Shown here: piece after piece, positions 26,523-35,119 of the stretch
Layout: each line of letters begins with the position of its first letter
How positions within the stretch are numbered: the first letter of the stretch is position 1
From: Acidimicrobiales bacterium
Lineage (GTDB): Bacteria; Actinomycetota; Acidimicrobiia; Acidimicrobiales; VFJN01
Assembly (NCBI GenBank): GCA_035296625.1
Contig: DATHAO010000002.1
Location: forward strand, 18,111 to 82,110
Length of the DNA stretch: 64,000 nt
Direction: 5' to 3'
Translations under genes and position numbers: made by a program
Notes under the pieces: model-generated
Told to the model about the DNA's origin: nothing
Seen by the model: only the letters and a program-made list of their open reading frames with translations
Database searches by the model: none

Positions 26523-28978
26523 GTGCGCTTCCGGTTCGGGGAGTTCCAGCTGGACGACAAGCGGTTCACGCTGTCCGGGCCCACCGGTGCCGTCCATGTC
26601 GAGCCTCAGGTGTTCGAGCTGCTCCACCACCTGATGTCCAACCACGACCGGGTCGTGTCGAAGGAGGAGCTGCTCGATGCGATCTGGGGCGACCGGTTCG
26701 TGTCGGAGTCGGCGCTCACATCGCGGGTCAAGGCCGCCCGGCGGGCCGTCGGCGATGACGGCCAGGCCCAGCGTGTCATCAAGACGATCCACGCCCGCGG
26801 GTACCAGTTCGTCGCCGAGGTGCACGTCGACGCCGGCCGGATCCGGCGAGCACTCCCGCGGCTACGGAACGCGCCCATCGGCCGTGACGCCGACATCGCG
26901 CGCGTCGTCGAGCGGATCCGCGATGCTCCGCTCGTGACGGTCACCGGGTCGGGGGGATCGGGAAGACGACCGTCGCCTTGGCGGTCGCCGACCGCCTGCA
27001 GGCCGACTACGCCGACGGGGTCGTGTTCGCCGATCTCTCGCCGGTGCCACCGCAGGAGGACGTGACGAGAGCCGTGGCCGAGGCGGCCGGGGTCGAAGGC
27101 ACCCCGTCCGAGACGATCGAGCGCGTGGCCGACCACCTGGCGAATCGGCCGGTCCTTCTCGTGCTCGACAACTGCGAGCACGTCCTCGAACGCTCGGCCG
27201 AGCTCGTCGACCGGATGCTCCAGCGTGGAGAGACGGCACGCATCCTCGCCACCAGCCGCGAGCTGCTCGGTGTGGTGGGTGAGCACGTGTGGCCGGTCGG
27301 CCCGCTCCACGACGCCGGGCCGGCGCTCTTCGTCGAGCGGGCCCGCGCCGCTGAACCGCGGGTGGACTGGGACCCGACGGACCCCGCGGTGATCGAGCTG
27401 TGTCGCCGGCTCGACGACGTGCCCCTGGCGCTCGAGCTCGCGGCCGGCCAACTCCGCCGCTTCGACCTCGACGAGTTGATCCGGCGCCTCGACGATCGCC
27501 TCGCACTGCTGTCCGGCCGTGCTTCGGGCGACGCACCGCGGCACGCCACGATGGAGACGGCGATCGACTGGAGCTACAGGCTCCTCGAGCGGACCGAGCA
27601 ATGCCTGCTCAGGCAGCTCAGCGTCTTCCCGGCGTCGTTCGACGTCCGTGCCGTCGAGGCATGCGCCCCTCCGCTCTCGGGCGCCGTGCCGGTCACGGTG
27701 TTCGGTCAGCTCGTGGACAAGAGCCTGGTCGTGCGCCTGCCGGGCTCGGGCCGCTACCGGCTCCTCGAGACGGTCAAGATGTTCGCCAGGGACCGCCTGG
27801 ACGAATCCGCGGAGACGGCGTCGGCCTTCGAGCGCCACCGCCGCCATGTGCGGGAACGGATCGGGTCGGCGTCGCGCCTGGACCGGTGGATGTCGGCGCG
27901 CCTCGCAGCGGAGCTCCGCACCCGTCTGGAGGACGCGCGGCAGGCGTTCAGGCTCAGCCTGGACCGAGGCGCCGTCGACGATGCGGTCGAGATCGCTGTC
28001 GGGGCATCGTTCCTCTGGCGGAACGCCATGGGTTGCGCGGAGGGCGCAACGTGGGTCGACGATCTCCTGGAGCTGGGCCTGTCCCCCCACGACCAGCTCT
28101 GGGCGCACATCCTCCGCGCCGACGTGGGCCAGGGCCGAGGTGACCACCACCAGATGTTCGGCGCCGCCTCGTCGGCCAAGGGCCTCGTCGACCGCACCGA
28201 CGATCCGGCTGGCGCATGCCTCGCCGCGCACTACGACGCCATTGCGCATCTCAGCGAGGCCGGCCAGGCCAAAGGCCGCCTCGCCGCAGCCCTCGAGCTC
28301 GCACACCGGTCGGGTGATCTGCGCCTCATCACCTTGATCGAGGCGTTCGTCGCCGTGGCCGACGTGGCGGCCGGGCAATATGACGAGGCCCGTGCGGCGG
28401 TGACCGGGCTCGATCGGGGGGCATCGGAGGACGGGTACGACCGGTTCATCGTCCACTGGGCCGGTTGGATGCTCGGGCTGGCCGAGCGGGACGCCGGGGC
28501 GGCGCGGCGCTGGATGAGCCTCCAGCAGGACTACCTCGACCGCACCGGCATCGTCGAGACCTGGATCACGTCGTTCTCGACGGCCATGTGCGACGCCATC
28601 GACGGCAGCGACGTCGGGACGACGCTGGCTCACACCCTCGTCCTCGCCGACCGGGAGGGCTACCACGCCGACGCGGACTGCGTGCTCGTGCTCTCGTACT
28701 CGGAGATGTGCGCGGGGCGGTGGGACGTCGCCGCCGAGCTGATCGGAACCGCGGTGCAGGGCCGGTTCAACGCCACGGCGCACTACGTGCTGTATCGGGC
28801 CGTCCTGGACCGGCCGCTTCGCCAACAGCTCGACCCCGCTCCCATGACCGATGCGATGGTGCGCGGGCGTGCGCGCACACCGGCCCAAGCGCTCGCCGAG
28901 TACGGCATCACCCGGGCCGCGGGGTTCCACCCGGTGGCAGGAGCGGTGGCTGAACGCCCGAGGGAACCGATCGGATAG
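26523..28978 (+). pseudogene. OmpR-type winged-helix / NB-ARC STAND ATPase / helical(TPR-like) regulator, frameshifted in the Walker A codons
   Basis: wHTH: FGEFQLD...EPQVFELLHHL...IKTIHARGYQF. Frame 0 then gives VTVTGSGG and frame 2 gives IGKTTVALAVADRL, joined at the G6 run 26951-26956; G7 would restore GSGGIGKTT. Downstream NB-ARC motifs: LLVLDNCEH, ILATSRE, VPLALELAAG. Start is GTG 26523, or ATG 26391 (which has a GAGGG SD). Confidence 0.75.
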
Positions 28979-29155
28979 CCGGGCGGGTCAGGCGGCTCGC
29001 GTCGGCGCTCACCGAAGACCGGATCGCTCGGCCGACGGACCGCGGGCCCTCGACGACGTGGCCGTCCGGCGCGTCGCGGCGAGCCGACCGAAAACCCCAG
29101 GGATCCTCCACGGAAGCTCCAAGCTCCCGGTGCCTGGTTCCCCGATGCTGAGGGC

Positions 29156-29632
29156 ATGTTCACGTTTCCCCGCATCACCCGCCGCCGACGCCGACCCGAC
29201 GTCGGCCCCCTTCTCCGGGTCCCGGCCTTCGCGCACGGCGACCCCGGACGCCTCGCAGAGCTGGCACGCCACACCGACATCCTGCGGCTGCCGCCCGGAC
29301 GGACGCTCGTCAGGGCGGGTGCGACCGCCCGCGAGCTGATCGTCCTGCTGGCGGGCGAGGCCGCCGTCCTGCGAGCGGACGGCACCCGGGCCGTGCTGCG
29401 GCCCGGCGCCCAGATCGGTGGGTGCGAACTGCTCGGGCGCGAGCGCCACGCCGCCACCGTGGTGGCGACGTCCGCCCTCGAGGTCGTGGTGGTCAACGGC
29501 CCCGCCGTCCGCTGGGCGCTGGCCGAAGGCATCGCCGAGCTGGCACCGCCGGCGTCGCTGTCGGCCTCGCGGCCCGGCGCGTCGCCGTCACCCCGGCGGG
29601 ACCCCAAGCCGACCGTCCGGCTCGCGAGCTGA
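29156..29632 (+). CDS. stand-alone cyclic-nucleotide-binding (CAP effector) domain protein
   Basis: L..VP.F......L..LA.......L..G..L...G....EL.VLL.G.A.V......IGGCELLGRERHAATVVA matches the cNMP-binding beta-barrel/PBC pattern. No HTH or other output domain. Confidence 0.7.
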   Translation: MFTFPRITRRRRRPDVGPLLRVPAFAHGDPGRLAELARHTDILRLPPGRTLVRAGATARELIVLLAGEAAVLRADGTRAVLRPGAQIGGCELLGRERHAATVVATSALEVVVVNGPAVRWALAEGIAELAPPASLSASRPGASPSPRRDPKPTVRLAS

Positions 29633-29649
29633 TTCCCGAGGACCACACG

Positions 29650-30096
29650 ATGCACGTCGGCGACGCCGCCCGCCGCACCCGGACCGTGACGGCCCGCGAC
29701 ATCGAGCTGTTCACCGAGATGACGGGCGACCGCAACCCGCTTCACTGCGACGAGGCCGCGGCCCGCCGCTCCCGCTTCGGCGGCGTCATCGTCCAGGGCG
29801 GCGTCACCTCGGGCCTGCTCTCTGCGGTCGTGGCCGAGGAACTGCCGGGGCCGGGCAGTGTCCTCCTGCACACCGACTGGCGCTTCCTCGCCCCGGTCCG
29901 GCCCGGCGACCGCATCACCGCCGAGGTCGAGGTGATCGGGCTGCGCCAGGACAAGCCCATCGTCACGCTGCGCACCACGGTCACCGACCAGGACGGGCGG
30001 ATCGTGCTCGACGGCCGGGCCGTCACCTGGCGCGAGTCCCTCGATGACGCCGACGACAGCTTCGGGCGTTCTCTGGCAGCCGGTGTGCAACGATGA
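29650..30096 (+). CDS. MaoC-like (R)-specific enoyl-CoA hydratase hot-dog protein
   Basis: DIELFTEMTGDRNPLHCDEAAARRSRFGGVIVQGGVTSGLL matches the MaoC dehydratase motif. Confidence 0.85.
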   Translation: MHVGDAARRTRTVTARDIELFTEMTGDRNPLHCDEAAARRSRFGGVIVQGGVTSGLLSAVVAEELPGPGSVLLHTDWRFLAPVRPGDRITAEVEVIGLRQDKPIVTLRTTVTDQDGRIVLDGRAVTWRESLDDADDSFGRSLAAGVQR

Positions 30097-30103
30097 CGCG
30101 TTA

Positions 30104-32827
30104 GTGGCGGTGCGGTTCGGCGAGTGCGAGTTGAACGTCCAGAGCCTGGAGCTGCGGCGTGGCGGTGACATCGTTGCCGTCGAGCCCCAGGTCTTCGACG
30201 TCCTCGCGTACCTGGTACGCCACCGGGACAGGGTGGTACCCAAGTCCGAGCTGCTGGACGAGGTCTGGGGCGACCGGTTCGTCTCCGAGTCCGCGTTGAC
30301 CACCCGCATCAAGTCCGCCCGGCGGGCGATCGGCGACACCGGTCGTGATCAGCGCGTCATCAAGACGATCCACAGTCGCGGCTACCGGTTCGTCGCCGAC
30401 GTGGTCGATGCCGCCGACCGCCCCGACGGCGGCCACGCCGATCTCGCCGTGGCGGCGGCGCGTGCCGAGGACACCCATGACGCACGCGCTGTGGCCCGCC
30501 GGGAGGGCCTCGACGCCCGGGCCGGCGGCCCCGGCGCTGGTCCGGGCGGGGACAACCCCCCGACGATTCGCCGCGTGCTGCGGGCGCTGGACGACCTGGC
30601 CGCCGGACGGGGCTCGGCCGTGCGGGTCGAGGGCGGCTCCCGGTCGGCGCGCACCGAGCTGCTGCGCCGCCTCGCCGACGCCGCCCGCGACCGGTCGATC
30701 GTCGTGGGGTCGTCGGCGCCGTCCATCCTCGGCGCCGACCCCTTCGGCTGCGTCGCCGAGGCGCTCGACGAGATGACCCAGCGGCGACCCGACCTTCTGG
30801 ACGCCATTCCGCAGGGGTGCCGGACGGAGCTGGAGCAGGTGTTCCGGGCGGGGTTGCCCACGACGCGCCAGCGCTGGCTCGTGGCCGTGCGCGAACTGCT
30901 GGTCGCGGCCGCCGAAAGGTCCGGTGCCCTCTTGCTGGTCGACCACGTCGACCAGGCGTCGCCCGAGACGCTGGCGTTGGTCGACGACGTGGCCCGGCTG
31001 ACCCGCGGGCACCGCGTGGCGGTCGTCCTCGCCGGCCGGCCGCACGCCCGTCCCGACGCCTGGTCGGGGGCGGCGCCCGACTGGTTCGAGGTCGTCCAGC
31101 TCCCCGATGCGACCGGGCGACCCGAGTCGACCCACCCGGACGAGCCGCCGGGGGCAACGGCGTCCGCCCTGCTCCGCGAGCTCGATCTGCCCGGCGACGT
31201 CGCGGACGCCCTGCGGCAGGTGGCCCTGTCCGGGGACGGGTTCGACGAGCTCGAGCTGCGGGCGGCGACGGGACACGACGAGCACGTGACCCACCGCGTG
31301 ATCGAGATCGCGCTCGGAGCCGGGGCGATCGTCCCGGACGCCGCCGGCTACCAGTTCGCCGACGGGATCACAGCGGCCGGCCTGACCGCCGGCGGGGCGC
31401 CCCACCAGCGCGCCCGGGCCTTGGAGCGCGCTGCCCGCCGCCTGGCCGAGCTGGGCGCGCCGCCCGAGCGGGTGGCGGACCGGTTCCTCGCCGCCGGCCG
31501 GGCGCCGGCCGCCGCCCCGTTCGCCCTCGACGCCGCCCGCCGCGCCGCCTCCGTCCAGCTCCACCGCGACGTGCTGCGGTGGACCGAACTAGCCCGCGAC
31601 CACGTCACCGGCGACGACGAAGCCGACCTGCTGTCGCTGCGGGCGGACGCCCTGGCCGCCGTGGGAGACCCGGGAGCCGTGGCCGCCTACCGCGCCGCCC
31701 TGGCCGCCTGCCGCCCGGACGGCGCCCGGGGGCTGCGGGCCCGGCTCGCCCGTGCCGGCCTGTACGCCGGTGACATCGCCACGGCGGGGGAGGCGCTGGC
31801 CGGCATCGAACCCGACGGAGGCCCCGACGACACCGCCGTGCTGTACGTCCGGGGGCTGCTCGCCTACTACCTGGGTGACATGGACGCCGCCGGGGAGGCC
31901 GTCGACGCCGCCCGCAGCTCGGCCTACACGAGCGGCACGCCGACCCAGCTCCTCGACGCCATAACTCTGCAGGGCCTGGTCGCTCACAACCGGGGCGAGT
32001 GGTTCGACCGGCTCCGGCGGGAGCTGCGGGCCACGGGCGAGAACCCGGCGCTGGCCTCGTCGGTCTTCGACTCGCACCTGTGCGTGGCCGAGTTCCTGCT
32101 CTACGGGCCGACACCGTACGCCGAGGTGATCGCTCTGACCCGCAAGCTCCGCGAGCAGGCCGACCAGATGGGCGCCCGCCCCGCCGCCGCGTTCGCCACG
32201 GTCGTGGCGGGCGAGGCCGCCCTGCTGGCCGGCGACCTCGACGTGGCCCGTGCCGAGCTGAGCGAGGCGGTGGACATGCACGCCGCCATCGGCGCGGACA
32301 CGGGGACCGCCCACGCCCTCCAGCGGCTGGCCGAGCTCGAACTGGCCGCCGGCAACCGGGCCGAGGCCGAGCGACTGCTCCGGCGGGCGCTGCCGCTGGC
32401 CCGTTGGTCGCCGCTTGTGCACCACCTCCTGCAGCGGGTCTACGGCACGCTCGTCGCCGCCGCTCCCGACCGGGACGCGGCACTGGCCATCGTGGACGAG
32501 GCAGTGGAGGCCTCCGACAAGCGCAACACCTGCATGGTGTGTCACGTGATGATCGCCGTCCCCGCCGCGATCGCCTGCGCCGAGGGAGCCCGACTCGACG
32601 AGGCACGCGAGTGGCTGGCGCAGGCGGTCGCCTCCGCGGCGCTCTGGCAGGGGACGGCATGGCAGGGCGCCGTCAGCGAGGCCCGCGCCCACCTGTGTCG
32701 CGCCGAGGGCGGCCCCGTCGCGGCCCGCCGACTGCTGGCCGAGGCCGCGGCCCTGTTCGATGCCGCCGGCCAGCCACTGGACGCCCACCGATGCCGGGAG
32801 GCGTCCGAGACCGTCGCCGAGATGTGA
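30104..32827 (+). CDS. OmpR-type winged-helix / AAA_16(MalT-like) STAND / TPR-like regulator with degenerate P-loop
   Basis: The wHTH is about 70% identical by hand alignment to that of the 26523 gene over ~75 aa. EGGSRSARTELL occupies the Walker A position and LLLVDHVDQASPETLALV is Walker-B-like. About 550 aa of helical repeats follow. GTG 30104 lies 8 nt after the MaoC stop. Confidence 0.8.
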   Translation: MAVRFGECELNVQSLELRRGGDIVAVEPQVFDVLAYLVRHRDRVVPKSELLDEVWGDRFVSESALTTRIKSARRAIGDTGRDQRVIKTIHSRGYRFVADVVDAADRPDGGHADLAVAAARAEDTHDARAVARREGLDARAGGPGAGPGGDNPPTIRRVLRALDDLAAGRGSAVRVEGGSRSARTELLRRLADAARDRSIVVGSSAPSILGADPFGCVAEALDEMTQRRPDLLDAIPQGCRTELEQVFRAGLPTTRQRWLVAVRELLVAAAERSGALLLVDHVDQASPETLALVDDVARLTRGHRVAVVLAGRPHARPDAWSGAAPDWFEVVQLPDATGRPESTHPDEPPGATASALLRELDLPGDVADALRQVALSGDGFDELELRAATGHDEHVTHRVIEIALGAGAIVPDAAGYQFADGITAAGLTAGGAPHQRARALERAARRLAELGAPPERVADRFLAAGRAPAAAPFALDAARRAASVQLHRDVLRWTELARDHVTGDDEADLLSLRADALAAVGDPGAVAAYRAALAACRPDGARGLRARLARAGLYAGDIATAGEALAGIEPDGGPDDTAVLYVRGLLAYYLGDMDAAGEAVDAARSSAYTSGTPTQLLDAITLQGLVAHNRGEWFDRLRRELRATGENPALASSVFDSHLCVAEFLLYGPTPYAEVIALTRKLREQADQMGARPAAAFATVVAGEAALLAGDLDVARAELSEAVDMHAAIGADTGTAHALQRLAELELAAGNRAEAERLLRRALPLARWSPLVHHLLQRVYGTLVAAAPDRDAALAIVDEAVEASDKRNTCMVCHVMIAVPAAIACAEGARLDEAREWLAQAVASAALWQGTAWQGAVSEARAHLCRAEGGPVAARRLLAEAAALFDAAGQPLDAHRCREASETVAEM

Positions 32828-32881
32828 CGTGGCCAGGCCTTCCGAGCGGATGGCCTGGGTGGTCCGTCCGGCGCGACGCGC

Positions 32882-32910
32882 CGATGACGGCCTCCGGGGG
32901 CCGGTCATCG
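32882..32910. terminator. GC hairpin between convergent regulator and osmC
   Basis: cgatgacggcc-tccggg-ggccggtcatcg (11-bp stem with one bulge). A second hairpin, ccaggcc...ggcctgg, lies at 32833-32858. Confidence 0.45.
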
Positions 32911-32926
32911 GTCGGTCGGGGGTCTG

Positions 32927-33499
32927 TCAGCCGGCGTCGACCTCGATGGCCACCGGCACCTGGTTGGTGATGATGTCGTAGACGGCCGAGCGGGCCCGGG
33001 ACTGCTCGACGATCTCGCGGAGCTTCTCGGCCGGGGCGTCGCCCTTGACGGTGAAGCGCACCGTGATGCCCTGGTAGCCGTTGCGGACCGACGCGTTCAG
33101 CCCGAGGATGCCGTTGAGGTCGATGTCGCCCTCGACCGTCGAGCGCACCTCGGTGAGCGTCACTCCCCGGGCAGCGGCGATGTTGGCCAGGCCGGCGGTC
33201 AGGCAGGAAGCCAGCGCGTGCAGCACGAACTCCACCGGCGTGGGGCCGTTGTCCTTGCCGACCAGCACCGCGGGGTGGTCGGCGTCGAAGACCCAGGTCC
33301 GCTCGTGGGCCCGCTCCTCGCCGACGCCGAAGAAATCGCCGATGGTGCTGCGGCTGTGGGTGCCGCCGACCCATTCGTTGCGGGCCCGGAACTGGAACTC
33401 CGCGGCCTGGGGGGCCGCCTTCACCGCGTCGAGCGTGGCGAAGAGGGTCGCGGTGTCGACGCCGTTGCGGACGGGATCGCTGGTCTCGGTGATGCTCAT
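32927..33499 (-). CDS. OsmC-family peroxiredoxin-like protein
   Basis: OsmC pattern with GPTPVEFVLHALASCLT and the second-Cys-region context. GGAAGGA SD. Confidence 0.85.
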   Translation of the reverse strand: MSITETSDPVRNGVDTATLFATLDAVKAAPQAAEFQFRARNEWVGGTHSRSTIGDFFGVGEERAHERTWVFDADHPAVLVGKDNGPTPVEFVLHALASCLTAGLANIAAARGVTLTEVRSTVEGDIDLNGILGLNASVRNGYQGITVRFTVKGDAPAEKLREIVEQSRARSAVYDIITNQVPVAIEVDAG

Positions 33500-33513
33500 C
33501 TCGTTGTCCTTCC

Positions 33514-33549
33514 GTTGTGTGTGTGACTGGTGTGTGTGACTTGTTCGAC
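33514..33549. repeat. (TG)n-containing 12-13-nt tandem repeat x2.5 in the osmC 5' region
   Basis: tgtgtgtgtgac / tggtgtgtgtgac / ttgttcgac. The mRNA sense is CA-rich: GUCACACACACC AGUCACACACAC. Confidence 0.85.
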
Positions 33550-33575
33550 CGGCTGTCTGTCGGCTCGGCGTGGGG

Positions 33576-33734
33576 TCACGTCGAGACGTCGGGGGGCGAC
33601 GGGCGTCCCCGCCGGCCGAACCGGCGCGGCCGTGCGGAGCGGCGGGCGTGGACGGGGCCGCCGGCCCGCCGCAGCTCGGCGTGGCGCTCGGCGACGAGGG
33701 CACGGGCGATGTCGACGGTGTAGGTGGCATGCAT
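33576..33734 (-). CDS. possible 52-aa basic microprotein
   Basis: MHATYTVDIARALVAERHAELRRAGGPVHARRSARPRRFGRRGRPSPPDVST. GGAG lies 7 nt upstream of the ATG. High GC3. Sits between the FAD oxidoreductase and osmC on the same strand. Confidence 0.4.
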   Translation of the reverse strand: MHATYTVDIARALVAERHAELRRAGGPVHARRSARPRRFGRRGRPSPPDVST

Positions 33735-33782
33735 CGGTTGCTCCTGTGGGTTGTTGGTGGTCGGGGCGGGTCGGCGCACGAG

Positions 33783-34985
33783 TCAGGCGACGGCCAGCCG
33801 GCGGGGTTGGAGGACGGGACGGGCGGCCAGCGCGGTGGCCTCCACGTCGATGGCAGCGGCGAGCTGCCGCTGGAGCTCGATGAACCGGGCGACGGGCGGG
33901 AAGTCCGCCAGGGCGCATGTGATGTCGAAGATCTCGCGGCGGGCCTCGTCGGCCTGGCGCCGGTAGTCGCCGAGCGCCGCAGGGAAGGGCCGGTCGCCCC
34001 GAAGAGCGGCGTCCAGCGCGGTCGCCAGCAACTCGGCGTCGCGGTAGGCGTCGCTGATGCCGTGCCCGGTGATGGGGTCGCGGTGGTAGAGGGCGTCACC
34101 GACGAGCGCCCAGCCGGGGCCGAACGCCTGCCGGACCTGGTTGGGCAGCCGCACCGCGCCTCGCACCGGCGAGGTCCGCCGCGCCGCGCGCAGGCGCGTG
34201 GCGAGCGCCGGGGCGATCCGCTCCAGCATCTCCACGAAGCCGGCGGTGAGGGACCCGGTGTCTCGGCGGGCGCCGATGGCATCCTCCGCCGGGACGCAGA
34301 CCCAGATGCACGCCTCGCCGCCGTTCGTGGGGAACACGCCGGCCATCGCCCCCTCGGCCACGAAGAACTCGATCCCCGACCACGACGCTGCGCCGTAGTA
34401 GGCGTAATAGGTGGCGCTGTCCGCCGGCCGCACGTCGACGAGCGGGGCGCCGACGGAACGGGCGACGTGCGAGCGAAGGCCGTCGGCGCCGATCACCACC
34501 GTGGCGTCGACCTCCGTCGTCTCGCCGCCGCGGCTGCGGGCGCTCAGCCCGGTGACGCCGCCCATCGCGTCCCGGCGCACGTCGGTGACCGTCACGCCGA
34601 GGCGCAACGCCGCACCCGCGTCCGCCGCCGCCCGGGCGACGATCGTGTCGAGCGCGTGGCGCCGGGGGGCGACCAGGAGGTCGACGCCCGCCCGGTCCTT
34701 GATCGTGTGCGTGGCCGACCCGGCGGGAGTGTGGAACGTGACCTGACGTATGGCGGGGGCTCCGCTGGCCAGGACCTCGTCGAGCAGGCCCCAGCGGTGG
34801 AGCTGGACGACGCCGCTCCGGGCGATCGAGTGTGTCGACAGCGTGTCGCTCGGCAGCAGCGCGCGCTCGAGCACGACCACGTCGTGGCCGAGGCGGGCCA
34901 GCAGCAGGGCAAGGGCGCCGCCTCCGGCTCGGGCGCCGACGACGGCGACGTCATGTCGACTGCGCTTCGCGGTGCCCATCGTCAT
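33783..34985 (-). CDS. FAD-dependent oxidoreductase/monooxygenase
   Basis: HDVAVVGARAGGGALALLLARLGHDVVVLE dinucleotide-binding motif; 400 aa. GGAGA SD. Confidence 0.8.
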   Translation of the reverse strand: MTMGTAKRSRHDVAVVGARAGGGALALLLARLGHDVVVLERALLPSDTLSTHSIARSGVVQLHRWGLLDEVLASGAPAIRQVTFHTPAGSATHTIKDRAGVDLLVAPRRHALDTIVARAAADAGAALRLGVTVTDVRRDAMGGVTGLSARSRGGETTEVDATVVIGADGLRSHVARSVGAPLVDVRPADSATYYAYYGAASWSGIEFFVAEGAMAGVFPTNGGEACIWVCVPAEDAIGARRDTGSLTAGFVEMLERIAPALATRLRAARRTSPVRGAVRLPNQVRQAFGPGWALVGDALYHRDPITGHGISDAYRDAELLATALDAALRGDRPFPAALGDYRRQADEARREIFDITCALADFPPVARFIELQRQLAAAIDVEATALAARPVLQPRRLAVA

Positions 34986-35119
34986 CGTCTCCTGGCGGTC
35001 GTCGGCGGGGCCTGCGTCTACGACCAGGACTCTGACGGACGGGCGCGCCACGTCCTTGGAGACGACGTGGTCAAGTTCTGAAGATCTCCGGCCACCGCCC
35101 GCGGCCGGTGTCGCTGAGG

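Noticed and set aside
28783-30339. 518-aa minus ORF spanning the cNMP-binding and MaoC genes.
   Set aside because: It is antisense to two motif-supported genes. Its translation is Ser/Arg/Pro-rich without motifs.
26523-32827. Interpreting the two STAND proteins as Avs/antiviral-STAND defence genes, with the nearby protease and EEP nuclease as effectors.
   Set aside because: Both have N-terminal OmpR-type DNA-binding domains, like AfsR/MalT-type transcription regulators, rather than nuclease, protease or TIR effectors. The protease has a secretion signal. No other defence hallmarks are nearby. I kept the cassette as a regulatory-cassette hypothesis instead.
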